Part shown: piece after piece, positions 19,642 through 28,530 of the stretch
Numbering within the stretch: the first letter of the stretch is position 1
How the letters are laid out: every line of letters begins with the position of its first letter
Assembly: GCA_036556665.1 (NCBI GenBank)
Contig: DATBIX010000029.1
Coordinates: 6,429 to 70,428 of the forward strand
DNA length: 64,000 bases
Direction: 5' to 3'
From: Acidimicrobiia bacterium
Lineage (GTDB): Bacteria; Actinomycetota; Acidimicrobiia; Spongiisociales; ZC4RG35
Translations under genes and position numbers: made by a program
The notes under the pieces: generated by a model
The model's input: the letters and a program-made list of their open reading frames with translations, nothing else
Databases searched by the model: none
Told to the model about the DNA's origin: nothing

Positions 19642-20328
19642 ATGTCCTCTGTGATCGTCATCGGCGGAGGGAAGGTCGGCTCATACCTGGCCCCGTTGCT
19701 CATGGAGGGTGGGCACTCGGTGACCGTCATCGAGCTGGTTGACGAGCGAGCCAGTGAAATCCGGGCGCGTCTCGACGGGGGCGTCGTCGTCGCCGGGTCG
19801 GGGACCGATGCGACCGTCCTGGAGAGGGCAGGAGTCAGAGGGTGTGACGTGGTCGCCGCCGTGACCGGGAACGATGAGACGAACCTCGTGGTCGCCTCCC
19901 TGGCGCGATTCGAGTTCGAGGTCCCCCGTGTCATCGCCCGAATCGACGATCCCTCCAATGCCTGGCTCTTTGCCCCCGACATGGGTGTCGACGTCGCCCT
20001 CAACCAGGCGGATCTACTCGCCCATCTCGTGGCAGAGGAGATGTCGATGGGCGAGATGACAACTCTCCTCAAGCTCCGGAAGGGCCAGTTCGCCCTCGTC
20101 GAGCAGAAGGTCGCTCCTGAAGCCTCGGTTGTCGGGCGCTCGATCGAAGAGATCGAATGGCCGGCTCGCTGTCAACTGGTGGCCGTGCTGCGGAAGGGAG
20201 ATCTCATCGCCCCCGAAGGAGAGATCGTGCTCCAGGCCGCAGATGAGGTGTTGGCGGTCGCACACTCCGACAGTGCGCCGATTCTGGAGGCGTTGCTCGA
20301 TCGGCCGCAACGGGGAGAGGCCGGCTGA
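19642..20328 (+). CDS. trkA: second TrkA/RCK family protein
   Basis: VIGGGKVG, AVTGNDETN, LFAPDMGVD, RCK_C. Confidence 0.9.
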   Translation: MSSVIVIGGGKVGSYLAPLLMEGGHSVTVIELVDERASEIRARLDGGVVVAGSGTDATVLERAGVRGCDVVAAVTGNDETNLVVASLARFEFEVPRVIARIDDPSNAWLFAPDMGVDVALNQADLLAHLVAEEMSMGEMTTLLKLRKGQFALVEQKVAPEASVVGRSIEEIEWPARCQLVAVLRKGDLIAPEGEIVLQAADEVLAVAHSDSAPILEALLDRPQRGEAG

Positions 20329-20437
20329 CCGCCACCACGGCCTCAGGCCGTCTCAATCGAATGATCACGCCCGGATAATCAGGTAGTCGCCGGGATCGGG
20401 GAGAATCCCACTATGTCCCGGCCGCCGGGCGGGGTTC

Positions 20438-20451
20438 GGGTCTTTCGGCTC
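20438..20451 (+). promoter_or_regulatory. DosR/DevR-like box (weaker) upstream of GT4 operon
   Basis: GGGTC-TTTC-GGCTC; GAGACT (20476-20481) 24 nt downstream. Confidence 0.4.
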
Positions 20452-20484
20452 TATGGCGGGAACGACTGGGCGAAGGAGACTCGA

Positions 20485-21672
20485 ATGAGAGAGCCAAGGA
20501 TTCGTCCCGTGATCGCAGACCTGACCTCGAGTCCCCGTCTGCTCTTCGTGAGCACCTACCCGCCAACGCGCTGTGGGATCGCCGGGTTCACCCAGTCGCT
20601 GATCGAGTCACTGGAGGAGATCAGGGGAGAGAGATCCGACAGCGGAGTGATCAGGCTTCGCCCCGGGTGGGACGACACCGTTCATACCCATCAGGAGGTC
20701 GTGGCCGAGGTCGACGTCGACTCGGCCGGATGGGCCACGCGTATCGCCACCTGGTGCAATGGCTTCGATCTGCTCTGGATCCAGCACGAGTTCGGCATTT
20801 TCGGCCCCGAGGACGGGATCGAGGTCCTCGAACTGAGCCGCCGGTCGCCGCTCCCCGTCGCCACGACGCTGCACACGGTGGTTGCGAAGCCGACAGATCG
20901 CCAGCGCCAGATCATCGAGAGTCTCGGGGTGTCCTCCGAATTGCTGGTCGTGATGTCGCAGCAAGCGGCGGAACGCCTGCTCGACGTCTATGACATCGAG
21001 CAAGGGAAGGTGCACGTCGTCCCTCACGGTGCCAAGCCGTCGCCGGCTCGCCTGTCCGCGGTCGAACCGGGCCGACGGCCCACCATCGTGAACTGGGGTC
21101 TGATCGGGCCAGGGAAGGGATTGGAGTGGGGCATCCAGGCGATGGCCCGACTGCGACACCTGGATCCTCGCCCTCGCCTCGTGATCAGAGGGACCACCCA
21201 CCCGAACGTGAAGAGGCGGGAGGGCGAGCTCTACCGCGAGCACCTGGTCGAGCTGGTCCACACCCTCGGTGTCGAGGACTCGGTTGTCATCGAAGACGGG
21301 TACATGTCCCCGGCTGAGCTCGATCGGCTCGTTCGCAACGCCGACCTCGCCCTCCTCCCCTACGACAATTCCGAGCAGGTCACGTCTGGAGTGCTGGTCG
21401 ATGCCATTGGGGCCGGTTTGCCGGTGGTGGCCACTCGGTTCCCCCACGCGGTCGAGGTGCTCGCAACCGGGGCCGGCCTGATCGTGTCGCAGGGTGACGA
21501 TGAAGCCATGGCGGCCGCAATCGAGCAGCTCCTCACCCGCCCGGCGTTGCTGAGGGGGGCCGCAGAGGAGGCTCGCAGGGTGGGACAGCGCTTCTCGTGG
21601 CCTCGTGTGGCCGCGGCCTATGAAAGGCTGGCACGCCTGGTGGTGACGCGGGACAAGACCAGCGTCGCCTGA
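20485..21672 (+). CDS. glycosyltransferase family 4 (mannosyltransferase-like)
   Basis: STYPPTRCGIAGFT, QHEFGIFG, WGLIGPGKGLE, SEQVTSGVL; start ATG 20485 or GTG 20509. Confidence 0.9.
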   Translation: MREPRIRPVIADLTSSPRLLFVSTYPPTRCGIAGFTQSLIESLEEIRGERSDSGVIRLRPGWDDTVHTHQEVVAEVDVDSAGWATRIATWCNGFDLLWIQHEFGIFGPEDGIEVLELSRRSPLPVATTLHTVVAKPTDRQRQIIESLGVSSELLVVMSQQAAERLLDVYDIEQGKVHVVPHGAKPSPARLSAVEPGRRPTIVNWGLIGPGKGLEWGIQAMARLRHLDPRPRLVIRGTTHPNVKRREGELYREHLVELVHTLGVEDSVVIEDGYMSPAELDRLVRNADLALLPYDNSEQVTSGVLVDAIGAGLPVVATRFPHAVEVLATGAGLIVSQGDDEAMAAAIEQLLTRPALLRGAAEEARRVGQRFSWPRVAAAYERLARLVVTRDKTSVA

Positions 21673-21673
21673 G

Positions 21674-22741
21674 ATGGAGCAGCTGCTGCCGGAGCCGAGG
21701 ATCGACCATCTGGCCCGGCTCAGTGACGACATCGGGATCTTCGAGCACGCCTCCGGCCTCGAACCGCGGCGAGAGCTCGGCTACACCACCGAGGATGCGG
21801 CCCGTGCCTTGATCGTTACGGTCAGGTGGCAGCCCCAAACCGAAATGACCATGGCGCTGACACGCACCTACCTCGCCTTCGTGGCGGGATCGATTGTCGA
21901 GGGTGGGCCGATTCGGAATCGCATGACAACGGCGGGGGAATGGGTGGGACCTCCCTCGGCCGACGCTCATGGGCGCACCATCTGGGGATTGTGCGTGGCC
22001 GCGGCCGAATCCGCGGCCAACGAAACGGTCGAGGCGGCACTTTCCTGCCTGGAGCGGATCGGCGTCGTCGACGACCCGTCGATCCGCCCGTGGGTCTACA
22101 CCGGGATCGGCGTTGCCGAGCTGCTCTCTGCCCTGCCCGGCCATGGTTGGGCACGCCTCATCGCCAACCAGGTGCTCGGGCGCCTGCCCGGGCCCAGCGG
22201 TTCCGGGTGGATCTGGCCCGAGCCGCGGCTCACCTATGACAACGCCCGGTTGACCCAGTGCCTCCTCGACCTGGGTCGGGTGTTGGACCACCCGGAAGCG
22301 ATGGAGGACGGGCTCCGTCTGCTCGGCTGGCTTGTGACGTTGGAGCGCAACGGTGACCACTTCTCGTTCACCCCGGTCGGAGGCAGGGGCCCGGAGGACA
22401 CGTCACCCGCCTTCGACCAACAGCCCCTCGAGGCGAGTGCGATGGCTGATGCGTGCGTCGCAGCCTGGGAGGTCGATGGCGACGAGCGGTGGCTCGAACT
22501 CGCCTACCAGGCCGCACAGTGGTTCACGGGACGCAACGATGGGGCCGTCTCACTTTACGACCCGCAGACCGGGGCGGGGCATGACGGGCTCACCGAGGGG
22601 GGCGTCAACGCCAACGCGGGAGCAGAGTCCACCATCTCGGCCCTCGCAGCACTGCAACGTGGCAGACTCATCGAGCCCCACCGAGCTTCGGGCTGGAAGA
22701 AGACCATGCCGGTGGAGACTCTCCCGGCGGCACGAGCCTGA
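21674..22741 (+). CDS. six-hairpin glycosidase-like protein (partner of GT4)
   Basis: GYTTEDAARAL, YDNARL, FDQQPLEA, HDGL, NAGAESTIS motifs seen in GT4-associated (alpha/alpha)6 proteins. Confidence 0.7.
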   Translation: MEQLLPEPRIDHLARLSDDIGIFEHASGLEPRRELGYTTEDAARALIVTVRWQPQTEMTMALTRTYLAFVAGSIVEGGPIRNRMTTAGEWVGPPSADAHGRTIWGLCVAAAESAANETVEAALSCLERIGVVDDPSIRPWVYTGIGVAELLSALPGHGWARLIANQVLGRLPGPSGSGWIWPEPRLTYDNARLTQCLLDLGRVLDHPEAMEDGLRLLGWLVTLERNGDHFSFTPVGGRGPEDTSPAFDQQPLEASAMADACVAAWEVDGDERWLELAYQAAQWFTGRNDGAVSLYDPQTGAGHDGLTEGGVNANAGAESTISALAALQRGRLIEPHRASGWKKTMPVETLPAARA

Positions 22742-22742
22742 C

Positions 22743-23687
22743 ATGACACAAGCGAGAAGCCAGCAACTATTCACCCGACACGAGGGCAACCCGATTCTCA
22801 CCGCCCTCGACTGGCCCTACACGGTCAACGCGGTGTTCAACCCCGGGGCCACCACCGGGCCCGATGGCGACACCATCCTCCTCGTCAGGGTCGAGGACCG
22901 GGCCGGTCTGTCCCATCTCACCGTTGCCCGCAGTCGGGATGGCCTGAACGACTGGAAGATCGACACCCAACCCTCATTCGCCCCGCAGACCTCGACATAC
23001 GCCGAATGTTGGGGGGTCGAGGACCCCCGGATCACCAAGGTCGGTGATGAGTACCTCATCGCCCACACTGCGGTCTCGCGGAGCGGGCCGCTGGTCTCCC
23101 TGGTGTCGACCACCGACTTCGTCGACTTCACACGCCGCGCCATCGTGTCGCCCCCCGAGAACAAAGACGCGGCCTTGTTCCCCGTCAAATTCGACGACCG
23201 CTACGCCATGATCCACCGGCCGGTCTACTTCGCCGACGGCGGCGCCGCCCACATGTGGATCTCCTACAGCCCCGACCTCAGGCATTGGGGCGACCATCGG
23301 ATCCTCATGGAGAGCCGTAGGTCTGGTTACTGGGATCGCGACAAGGTGGGTCTCGGTCCGCCCCCGCTTCGGACCGACCAGGGATGGCTGATCATGTTCC
23401 ACGGGGTGAGGGACACTGCCGCGGGAGCGCTCTATCGGGCCGGGCTGGCCGTGCTCGACCTCGAGGAGCCGACCACGGTGTTGGCTCGAGCCGACGAGTG
23501 GGTGCTGGGGCCGGAGGTTGAGTACGAGCGAATGGGTGACGTGCCCGGTGTGGTGTTTCCCTGCGGTTGGATCGCCGACGACGACGGCATGCTTCGCCTC
23601 TACTACGGAGCGGCAGACACGTGTGTGGCCGTGGCCACGGCGCGTATCGACGATCTGGTCGCCTTCGCCTTCTCGCACACGATCTAG
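22743..23687 (+). CDS. GH130 family glycoside phosphorylase/glycosidase
   Basis: NAVFNPGA, GVEDPRIT, NKDAALFP, MIHRP, PGVVFPCG, YYGAADTC. Confidence 0.9.
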   Translation: MTQARSQQLFTRHEGNPILTALDWPYTVNAVFNPGATTGPDGDTILLVRVEDRAGLSHLTVARSRDGLNDWKIDTQPSFAPQTSTYAECWGVEDPRITKVGDEYLIAHTAVSRSGPLVSLVSTTDFVDFTRRAIVSPPENKDAALFPVKFDDRYAMIHRPVYFADGGAAHMWISYSPDLRHWGDHRILMESRRSGYWDRDKVGLGPPPLRTDQGWLIMFHGVRDTAAGALYRAGLAVLDLEEPTTVLARADEWVLGPEVEYERMGDVPGVVFPCGWIADDDGMLRLYYGAADTCVAVATARIDDLVAFAFSHTI

Positions 23688-23688
23688 A

Positions 23689-23904
23689 TCAGGCGGACCG
23701 TTTGCCCTGATGCATCGGCTTGTGATGCTCGATGACGGCGTCGCTGCCGGGGAACAGCACCACCTCGCGCCCGTCGGCTTCCCAACGAACCAGATAGGGA
23801 GGTTGTCCCTTCTCGCCGTGTACCTCGAGGATCTCGCCTTCGGCGTCGGCTTGTCCGGTCCGGTGGCCCTTGATCACCAGACGATCGCCGGGTTTTGCCT
23901 GCAT
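23689..23904 (-). CDS. DUF1918 domain protein (Rv0569-like)
   Basis: MQAKPGDRLVI...GEILEV...PPYLVRW...PGSDA; RBS GGAGGT. Confidence 0.88.
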   Translation of the reverse strand: MQAKPGDRLVIKGHRTGQADAEGEILEVHGEKGQPPYLVRWEADGREVVLFPGSDAVIEHHKPMHQGKRSA

Positions 23905-23958
23905 GATGACCTCCAACGCTCTGCGTCGAGAATGACACCGGAGTGACCGCCGACACTA

Positions 23959-23972
23959 GGGCACAAAGACCC
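23959..23972 (-). promoter_or_regulatory. DosR/DevR-like box upstream of DUF1918
   Basis: TA-GGGCA-CAAA-GACCC-AA (+ strand); minus-strand CATTCT (23934-23929) 24 nt downstream. Confidence 0.6.
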
Positions 23973-23986
23973 AACGCGGCAGCGAT

Positions 23987-24373
23987 TCAGGGCTGACGGG
24001 CCTCGACTTCGGCTGCGATCGCATCGAGATCGCCGGCAACCGGCTCGTGGGTCAGCACCTTGAGCCCCTTGACCACCTCCGGGTACCTCTCCGCCTGCCC
24101 GGGTCGGATGACGACACGGATCGGGATGTCGCTGCTGAGCGACTCCTTGTATCGGGAGAGGATCGCCCGGTGCTGGGCTCGATCGAGGTCGAGCTCGAAC
24201 ACGATCCCTTGGGCGCCCTCGGCCAGCTCACAACCGGCGCCGGTGAGGATCGGGCAAATCTGGCCCTCTCCCGGCCCGGGGCAGGTCATCACCCGGTGGC
24301 CGAGTTGTTCCAGGAATCGGTGATCCGTCGGCTCGCTGCCACCCGGGATATCGAAGAGGATGTAGTCGTCCAT
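23987..24373 (-). CDS. hypothetical protein with CPGP-x5-CP-x6-C motif
   Basis: ATG 24373 with GGAGGT RBS; TCPGPGEGQICPILTGAGC. Confidence 0.7.
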   Translation of the reverse strand: MDDYILFDIPGGSEPTDHRFLEQLGHRVMTCPGPGEGQICPILTGAGCELAEGAQGIVFELDLDRAQHRAILSRYKESLSSDIPIRVVIRPGQAERYPEVVKGLKVLTHEPVAGDLDAIAAEVEARQP

Positions 24374-24419
24374 CGCACCTCCTTTGACCCAGCATCCCGT
24401 CACCGGCGTTGGGCCACCA

Positions 24420-24433
24420 GGGGATTAAGTCCC
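24420..24433 (-). promoter_or_regulatory. DosR/DevR-like box upstream of the Cys-motif hypothetical gene
   Basis: GGGGA-TTAA-GTCCC; minus-strand GATGCT (24396-24391) 23 nt downstream. Confidence 0.6.
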
Positions 24434-24504
24434 AAAGCCAACTCTTTGTCCGTGACCGGGATCTTGCCGCGCTTCCAGCTGATCACTTATCCAACGGTTA
24501 CAAC

Positions 24505-24518
24505 GGGTCATTCGACCC
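24505..24518 (+). promoter_or_regulatory. DosR/DevR-like box upstream of fadD
   Basis: GGGTC-ATTC-GACCC; GATAGT (24542-24547) 23 nt downstream. Confidence 0.55.
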
Positions 24519-24567
24519 TTGTCAACCGACCGAGGAGATCGGATAGTCGAAGACAGGAGGTCGAATC

Positions 24568-26304
24568 ATGAGACCAGCGCTGTCCGCACAGGCCCGGCCC
24601 TGGCACAGCCACTACGACGATGGAGTGCCGCCGAGCCTCAGGTATCCCGACACCACACTGGACGAGGTGCTGAGGCAAACCGCCACTCGGTTTCCCGAGC
24701 AACCCGCCCTCGTCTTCTTTGGCAACCGGATCACCTACCACCGGCTCGACGAGCTGGTCGACCGGATGGCGAGCAGCCTCCAGGCGATGGGGGTGCGACC
24801 CGGTGATCGGGTCGCCGTGTTCATGCCCAATTGCCCGCAGATGGTCATCTCCTACTACGGGATCTGGCGCGCCGGCGGCGTGGTCGTCCCGATCAACCCG
24901 CTCTACACCGGCGCCGAGTTCGAGCGACAGGTCAATGATTCCGGCGCCACCACAGCCATAGTGCTCAGCGCCTTCTACAACCGGGTCAAGGCCGTGCGAG
25001 ACCGCACGGGCGTGAACAAGGTCGTGGTGACCAACATCAAGGAGTACTTCCCTCCCCTGCTGCGCGCCTTGTTCACCATCGCCAAGGAGAAGAAGGAGGG
25101 CCATCGCGTCCGCCTGCCCGGGAGCGATGACGTGCTCGCCTTTCCACGGGCCCTTCAGCTCGGGTCCGACAAACCGCTCGCCTCGTTCTCACGTCCGGAC
25201 GAGACCGCCGCCCTCCTCTACACCGGTGGGACCACCGGGATCCCCAAGGGAGCCGTGCTCTCCCACCGCAACCTGCTGTGCAACGCACAGCAGGTAGGGG
25301 TGTGGGCCACCGGGCTGGATGATGGTGCCGAGGTCATGATGTCAGCCCTCCCCCTGTCTCACTGTTACGCCATGACCGTGTGCATGAACCTGTCGATCCA
25401 GCGTGGCTGGGCCCAGGTCCTCCTGCCCGACCCGAGGGATCTCTCCCGCCTGCTCTCTGAGATACAGGGGAACCGCGTGACCATCCTGCCCGGCGTGCCC
25501 ACCCTGTACGCGGCGATCGCCAACCATCCCGATGTCCGAGCCGGCAAGTACGACGTCCGCTCGATCGAGGTATGCATCAGCGGTGCAGCGGGGCTCCCCT
25601 CCGAGGTGCAAGCCGAGTTCCAGCGGATCACCGGCGGGCGGCTCGTCGAGGGCTATGGCCTAACCGAGGCATCTCCCGTCACCCACGCCAACCCCATCGG
25701 AAGTGGGGGGCGGACCGGGACGATCGGTCTACCGCTTCCCGACACCAGATGCAAGATCGTCGATGTGGAGACCCAGTCGGAGGAGATGGAGCCGGGTCGA
25801 CCCGGGATCCTCTGCATCTCCGGACCTCAGGTCATGTCCGGCTACTGGAACCGTGCCGACGAGACGGAGTCGACGCTGCGGGTTGACGACGACGGCGTGT
25901 CCTGGCTCCATACCGGGGACGTGGCCGAGATGAGCCCCGACGGCTACTTCCGCATCATCGATCGGCAGAAGGACATGATCCTCGCCGCCGGCGGCCTGAA
26001 CGTCTATCCCCGTGAGATCGAAGACGTCCTGTACCAGCATCCCAAGGTCCTGCAGGCCGCGGTCATCGGGGTGCCGGTCGGAGGGATGGACCAGCGGGCC
26101 AAGGCGTTCGTGGTGCTGCGCGAGGGTCAGAAGGCCACCGAGGAGGAGATCCTCGGCTACCTGGGCACGATGCTGGCCAGGTTCAAGGTCCCGAAGTCAG
26201 TCGAGTTCCGCGAAGAGTTGCCTCTTGCCTTCACCGGCAAGGTGCTGCGACGGGTGCTGGCCGAGGAGGAGCGATCCAAGGCCGATCGGGAGGAAGTCTC
26301 CTGA
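24568..26304 (+). CDS. fadD: long-chain fatty acid--CoA ligase
   Basis: YTGGTTGIPKG, EGYGLTE, WLHTGD, DRQKDMI, VYPREIE. Confidence 0.92.
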   Translation: MRPALSAQARPWHSHYDDGVPPSLRYPDTTLDEVLRQTATRFPEQPALVFFGNRITYHRLDELVDRMASSLQAMGVRPGDRVAVFMPNCPQMVISYYGIWRAGGVVVPINPLYTGAEFERQVNDSGATTAIVLSAFYNRVKAVRDRTGVNKVVVTNIKEYFPPLLRALFTIAKEKKEGHRVRLPGSDDVLAFPRALQLGSDKPLASFSRPDETAALLYTGGTTGIPKGAVLSHRNLLCNAQQVGVWATGLDDGAEVMMSALPLSHCYAMTVCMNLSIQRGWAQVLLPDPRDLSRLLSEIQGNRVTILPGVPTLYAAIANHPDVRAGKYDVRSIEVCISGAAGLPSEVQAEFQRITGGRLVEGYGLTEASPVTHANPIGSGGRTGTIGLPLPDTRCKIVDVETQSEEMEPGRPGILCISGPQVMSGYWNRADETESTLRVDDDGVSWLHTGDVAEMSPDGYFRIIDRQKDMILAAGGLNVYPREIEDVLYQHPKVLQAAVIGVPVGGMDQRAKAFVVLREGQKATEEEILGYLGTMLARFKVPKSVEFREELPLAFTGKVLRRVLAEEERSKADREEVS

Positions 26305-26328
26305 CCGGGTAACGGGCACTACCTTGTC

Positions 26329-26859
26329 GTGATGGCGCCGGGCCGGAACCTCATCCTCACCGGGTTCATGGGCACCGGGAAGACAACGGTCGGCCGGGGG
26401 TTGGCCGACCGGCTCGGAATGCCCTTCATCGACACCGACCGGGTGATCGAGGAGCAACATGGGCCCATCGATCGGATCTTCGCCGAACTCGGAGAGGCCG
26501 AATTCCGTGAGATCGAGAGAAGCGTTGCCGTGGAGGTGAGCCACCTCGACGACCACGTGGTCGCCACCGGCGGCCGGATGTTGCTCGACCCGGCCAATCT
26601 GCGGGTGCTCGCCGTGAGCGGGCGCATCTTCTGTCTCGTCGCATCTCCCGAGGAGATCTACCGACGCCTCTCGGTCGATGGAAGCCCGGCGAAGCGACCT
26701 CTCCTCGCCACCTCCGATCCGGAGCGGAGGATCCGAGAGCTCCTGGCCGAGCGCGCGGCCGGCTACGGCCGGTTCACCCAGGTGAGCACGGATAGCAGGG
26801 ATGTTGCCGAGGTCGTCGAGGAGTTGGTCGATCTGTGGGAGGCGGACGAGGGCTCCTGA
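26329..26859 (+). CDS. aroK: shikimate kinase
   Basis: LTGFMGTGKT, DTDRVIE, GEAEFREIE, VATGG, RPLL. Confidence 0.9.
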   Translation: MMAPGRNLILTGFMGTGKTTVGRGLADRLGMPFIDTDRVIEEQHGPIDRIFAELGEAEFREIERSVAVEVSHLDDHVVATGGRMLLDPANLRVLAVSGRIFCLVASPEEIYRRLSVDGSPAKRPLLATSDPERRIRELLAERAAGYGRFTQVSTDSRDVAEVVEELVDLWEADEGS

Positions 26860-26863
26860 CCGG

Positions 26864-27619
26864 TCACCGCTCCAGCTTCGATCCGACCATCGCGGGGGAC
26901 GAGTTGGCGATGGCCAGATGCAGCTCGTGATATCGATGCAGCTCCTGCTCCTGCCGGGAGGTGATTCGCTGGCAGACGAAGTCCCAATGCATCGCCACCA
27001 GATCGCCCACGCCGATCTCCCCCGCGCCCAAAGGTGGTGACACCGCCTCGACTCTCGTGGGCCCGACGTCGAGCCGCCGACCGTCCCAGACGAGCGGGGA
27101 GGATTCGACCAGCAACGACCCGTCTGCCTCGCCCACCACGGCTCCCCATCGGACACGGCAGCGATCGAGCACCTCGAGGGCTCGGTCACCTGTCCCGGCT
27201 CGGAGGAGGCCGACCCAGGGGTAGATGCAGAAGACATGGAAGGAATGGGTTGGCCGGCCCCCGCCGATGAGAGCCCCGGCCACCTGGTCCCAATCCCAGC
27301 CGGCGCGTCTCCGGAATCGATCGTCCACGCTGTTTCCCATTTCGAGGAGGTCGACACGATCGAGCAAGGGGTTCCCAATCCAATAGGCTTCCACGACCCT
27401 GGCGTCGAGTGGGTCGAGACGAGCGCTCAGGCCGATCAGCTGGAGGTAGGGCCAGGCGCCGGCGAAGGCCGGGGCCAGGTGTCTGATCTCGTCTGCAGCG
27501 TCCTTCCCCCCGTTCACCACCTCGAGAAGCAGCTGAGGGTCGGAGGGACCGCAGTAGCCGAGCGAGTTGGGCGGGTAGGCGAACCTGAGGAACATGTCGA
27601 GGCCGAAGCGGCCCCTCAT
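26864..27619 (-). CDS. DUF6390-like protein (hydrogenase-associated, unknown function)
   Basis: AYPPNSLGYCGP, VVEAYWIGN, PTHSFHVF, LDRCRVRWG, GDLVAMHWDFVC; ATG 27619 overlaps DMT stop. Confidence 0.7.
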   Translation of the reverse strand: MRGRFGLDMFLRFAYPPNSLGYCGPSDPQLLLEVVNGGKDAADEIRHLAPAFAGAWPYLQLIGLSARLDPLDARVVEAYWIGNPLLDRVDLLEMGNSVDDRFRRRAGWDWDQVAGALIGGGRPTHSFHVFCIYPWVGLLRAGTGDRALEVLDRCRVRWGAVVGEADGSLLVESSPLVWDGRRLDVGPTRVEAVSPPLGAGEIGVGDLVAMHWDFVCQRITSRQEQELHRYHELHLAIANSSPAMVGSKLER

Positions 27620-28530
27620 GGCCCGGATGTGAGCTGCCGGGCCCGGGCCATCATCAACAGCACCACACCGGTTGCGACCAGGGCCAGGCCGGCGACGGGA
27701 GGCAGCTCCACGCCACGGATCCCGGTCTCGAGGAGGGCCGTGATGACGGCACCGCCGACCAACACCGCAGTCACATCGACGGCGGGAGCCCGGGACAAGG
27801 CGGCGTACCAGGTCCACACGTAGCAGGCCAGGGTCACGGCGGTGAGGGCGATCCACCCCAGGTGGAGCGCAGTGACTTCTCCCAAGGTCGAGAACGCGCC
27901 GCGGATGAGCCCGTACCCGATCAGTAGGGCTGCTCCGCCCGCCATGCGGGCAACCGCCAGGGTGGGCGGGCTCACCGTGACGAGGAGGCGCTTGGCGATC
28001 ACGGTTTCGATCGCCCAGAGGATGGTGGCTGCCAGGATCATCCACTCTCCCGGGCCGAGGGACACCTGGTCGACGCCGCCCGACAGAACCGCCTGCCCGA
28101 CCAGGAGTAGGGCAACCGCCCCGAGTTGCAGCAGACCCACCCTCTCGTGGAGGAGCACGGTGGCGAGCACTATGACCCAGATGACCAGGGTCTTGTGGAT
28201 GAAGGCCGCGTCGGTCGAGGTCGCCAGAGCAAGGCCCTCGAAGAAGAGGACGAAGGGCACACTGCCTCCCACCACCGCTACCACACCCAGCCCGATCCGG
28301 TTGCGTCTCGGCTCGACCACCTCGGGCGCCCGATCGGATCGCCTCCTTCCCACCAGGCCGGCGGTGACGAGGAGGATCAGAGCGGCGCCGGCGTTCTTCA
28401 GAGTGGTGTAGGTGGTGGGATCGGAGACCTCGGCCCAGACACGAACCCCATAGCCGTTGACGAATACCGACACCCCGCTGATCAGGGCCGCCAGCGCCGC
28501 CATGAGCAGACCGGTGTCACGTCGCTGCAT
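27616..28530 (-). CDS. DMT/EamA family transporter
   Basis: About 10 TM segments, LFFEGLAL...AAFIHKT; ATG 28530. Confidence 0.8.
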   Translation of the reverse strand: MQRRDTGLLMAALAALISGVSVFVNGYGVRVWAEVSDPTTYTTLKNAGAALILLVTAGLVGRRRSDRAPEVVEPRRNRIGLGVVAVVGGSVPFVLFFEGLALATSTDAAFIHKTLVIWVIVLATVLLHERVGLLQLGAVALLLVGQAVLSGGVDQVSLGPGEWMILAATILWAIETVIAKRLLVTVSPPTLAVARMAGGAALLIGYGLIRGAFSTLGEVTALHLGWIALTAVTLACYVWTWYAALSRAPAVDVTAVLVGGAVITALLETGIRGVELPPVAGLALVATGVVLLMMARARQLTSGP

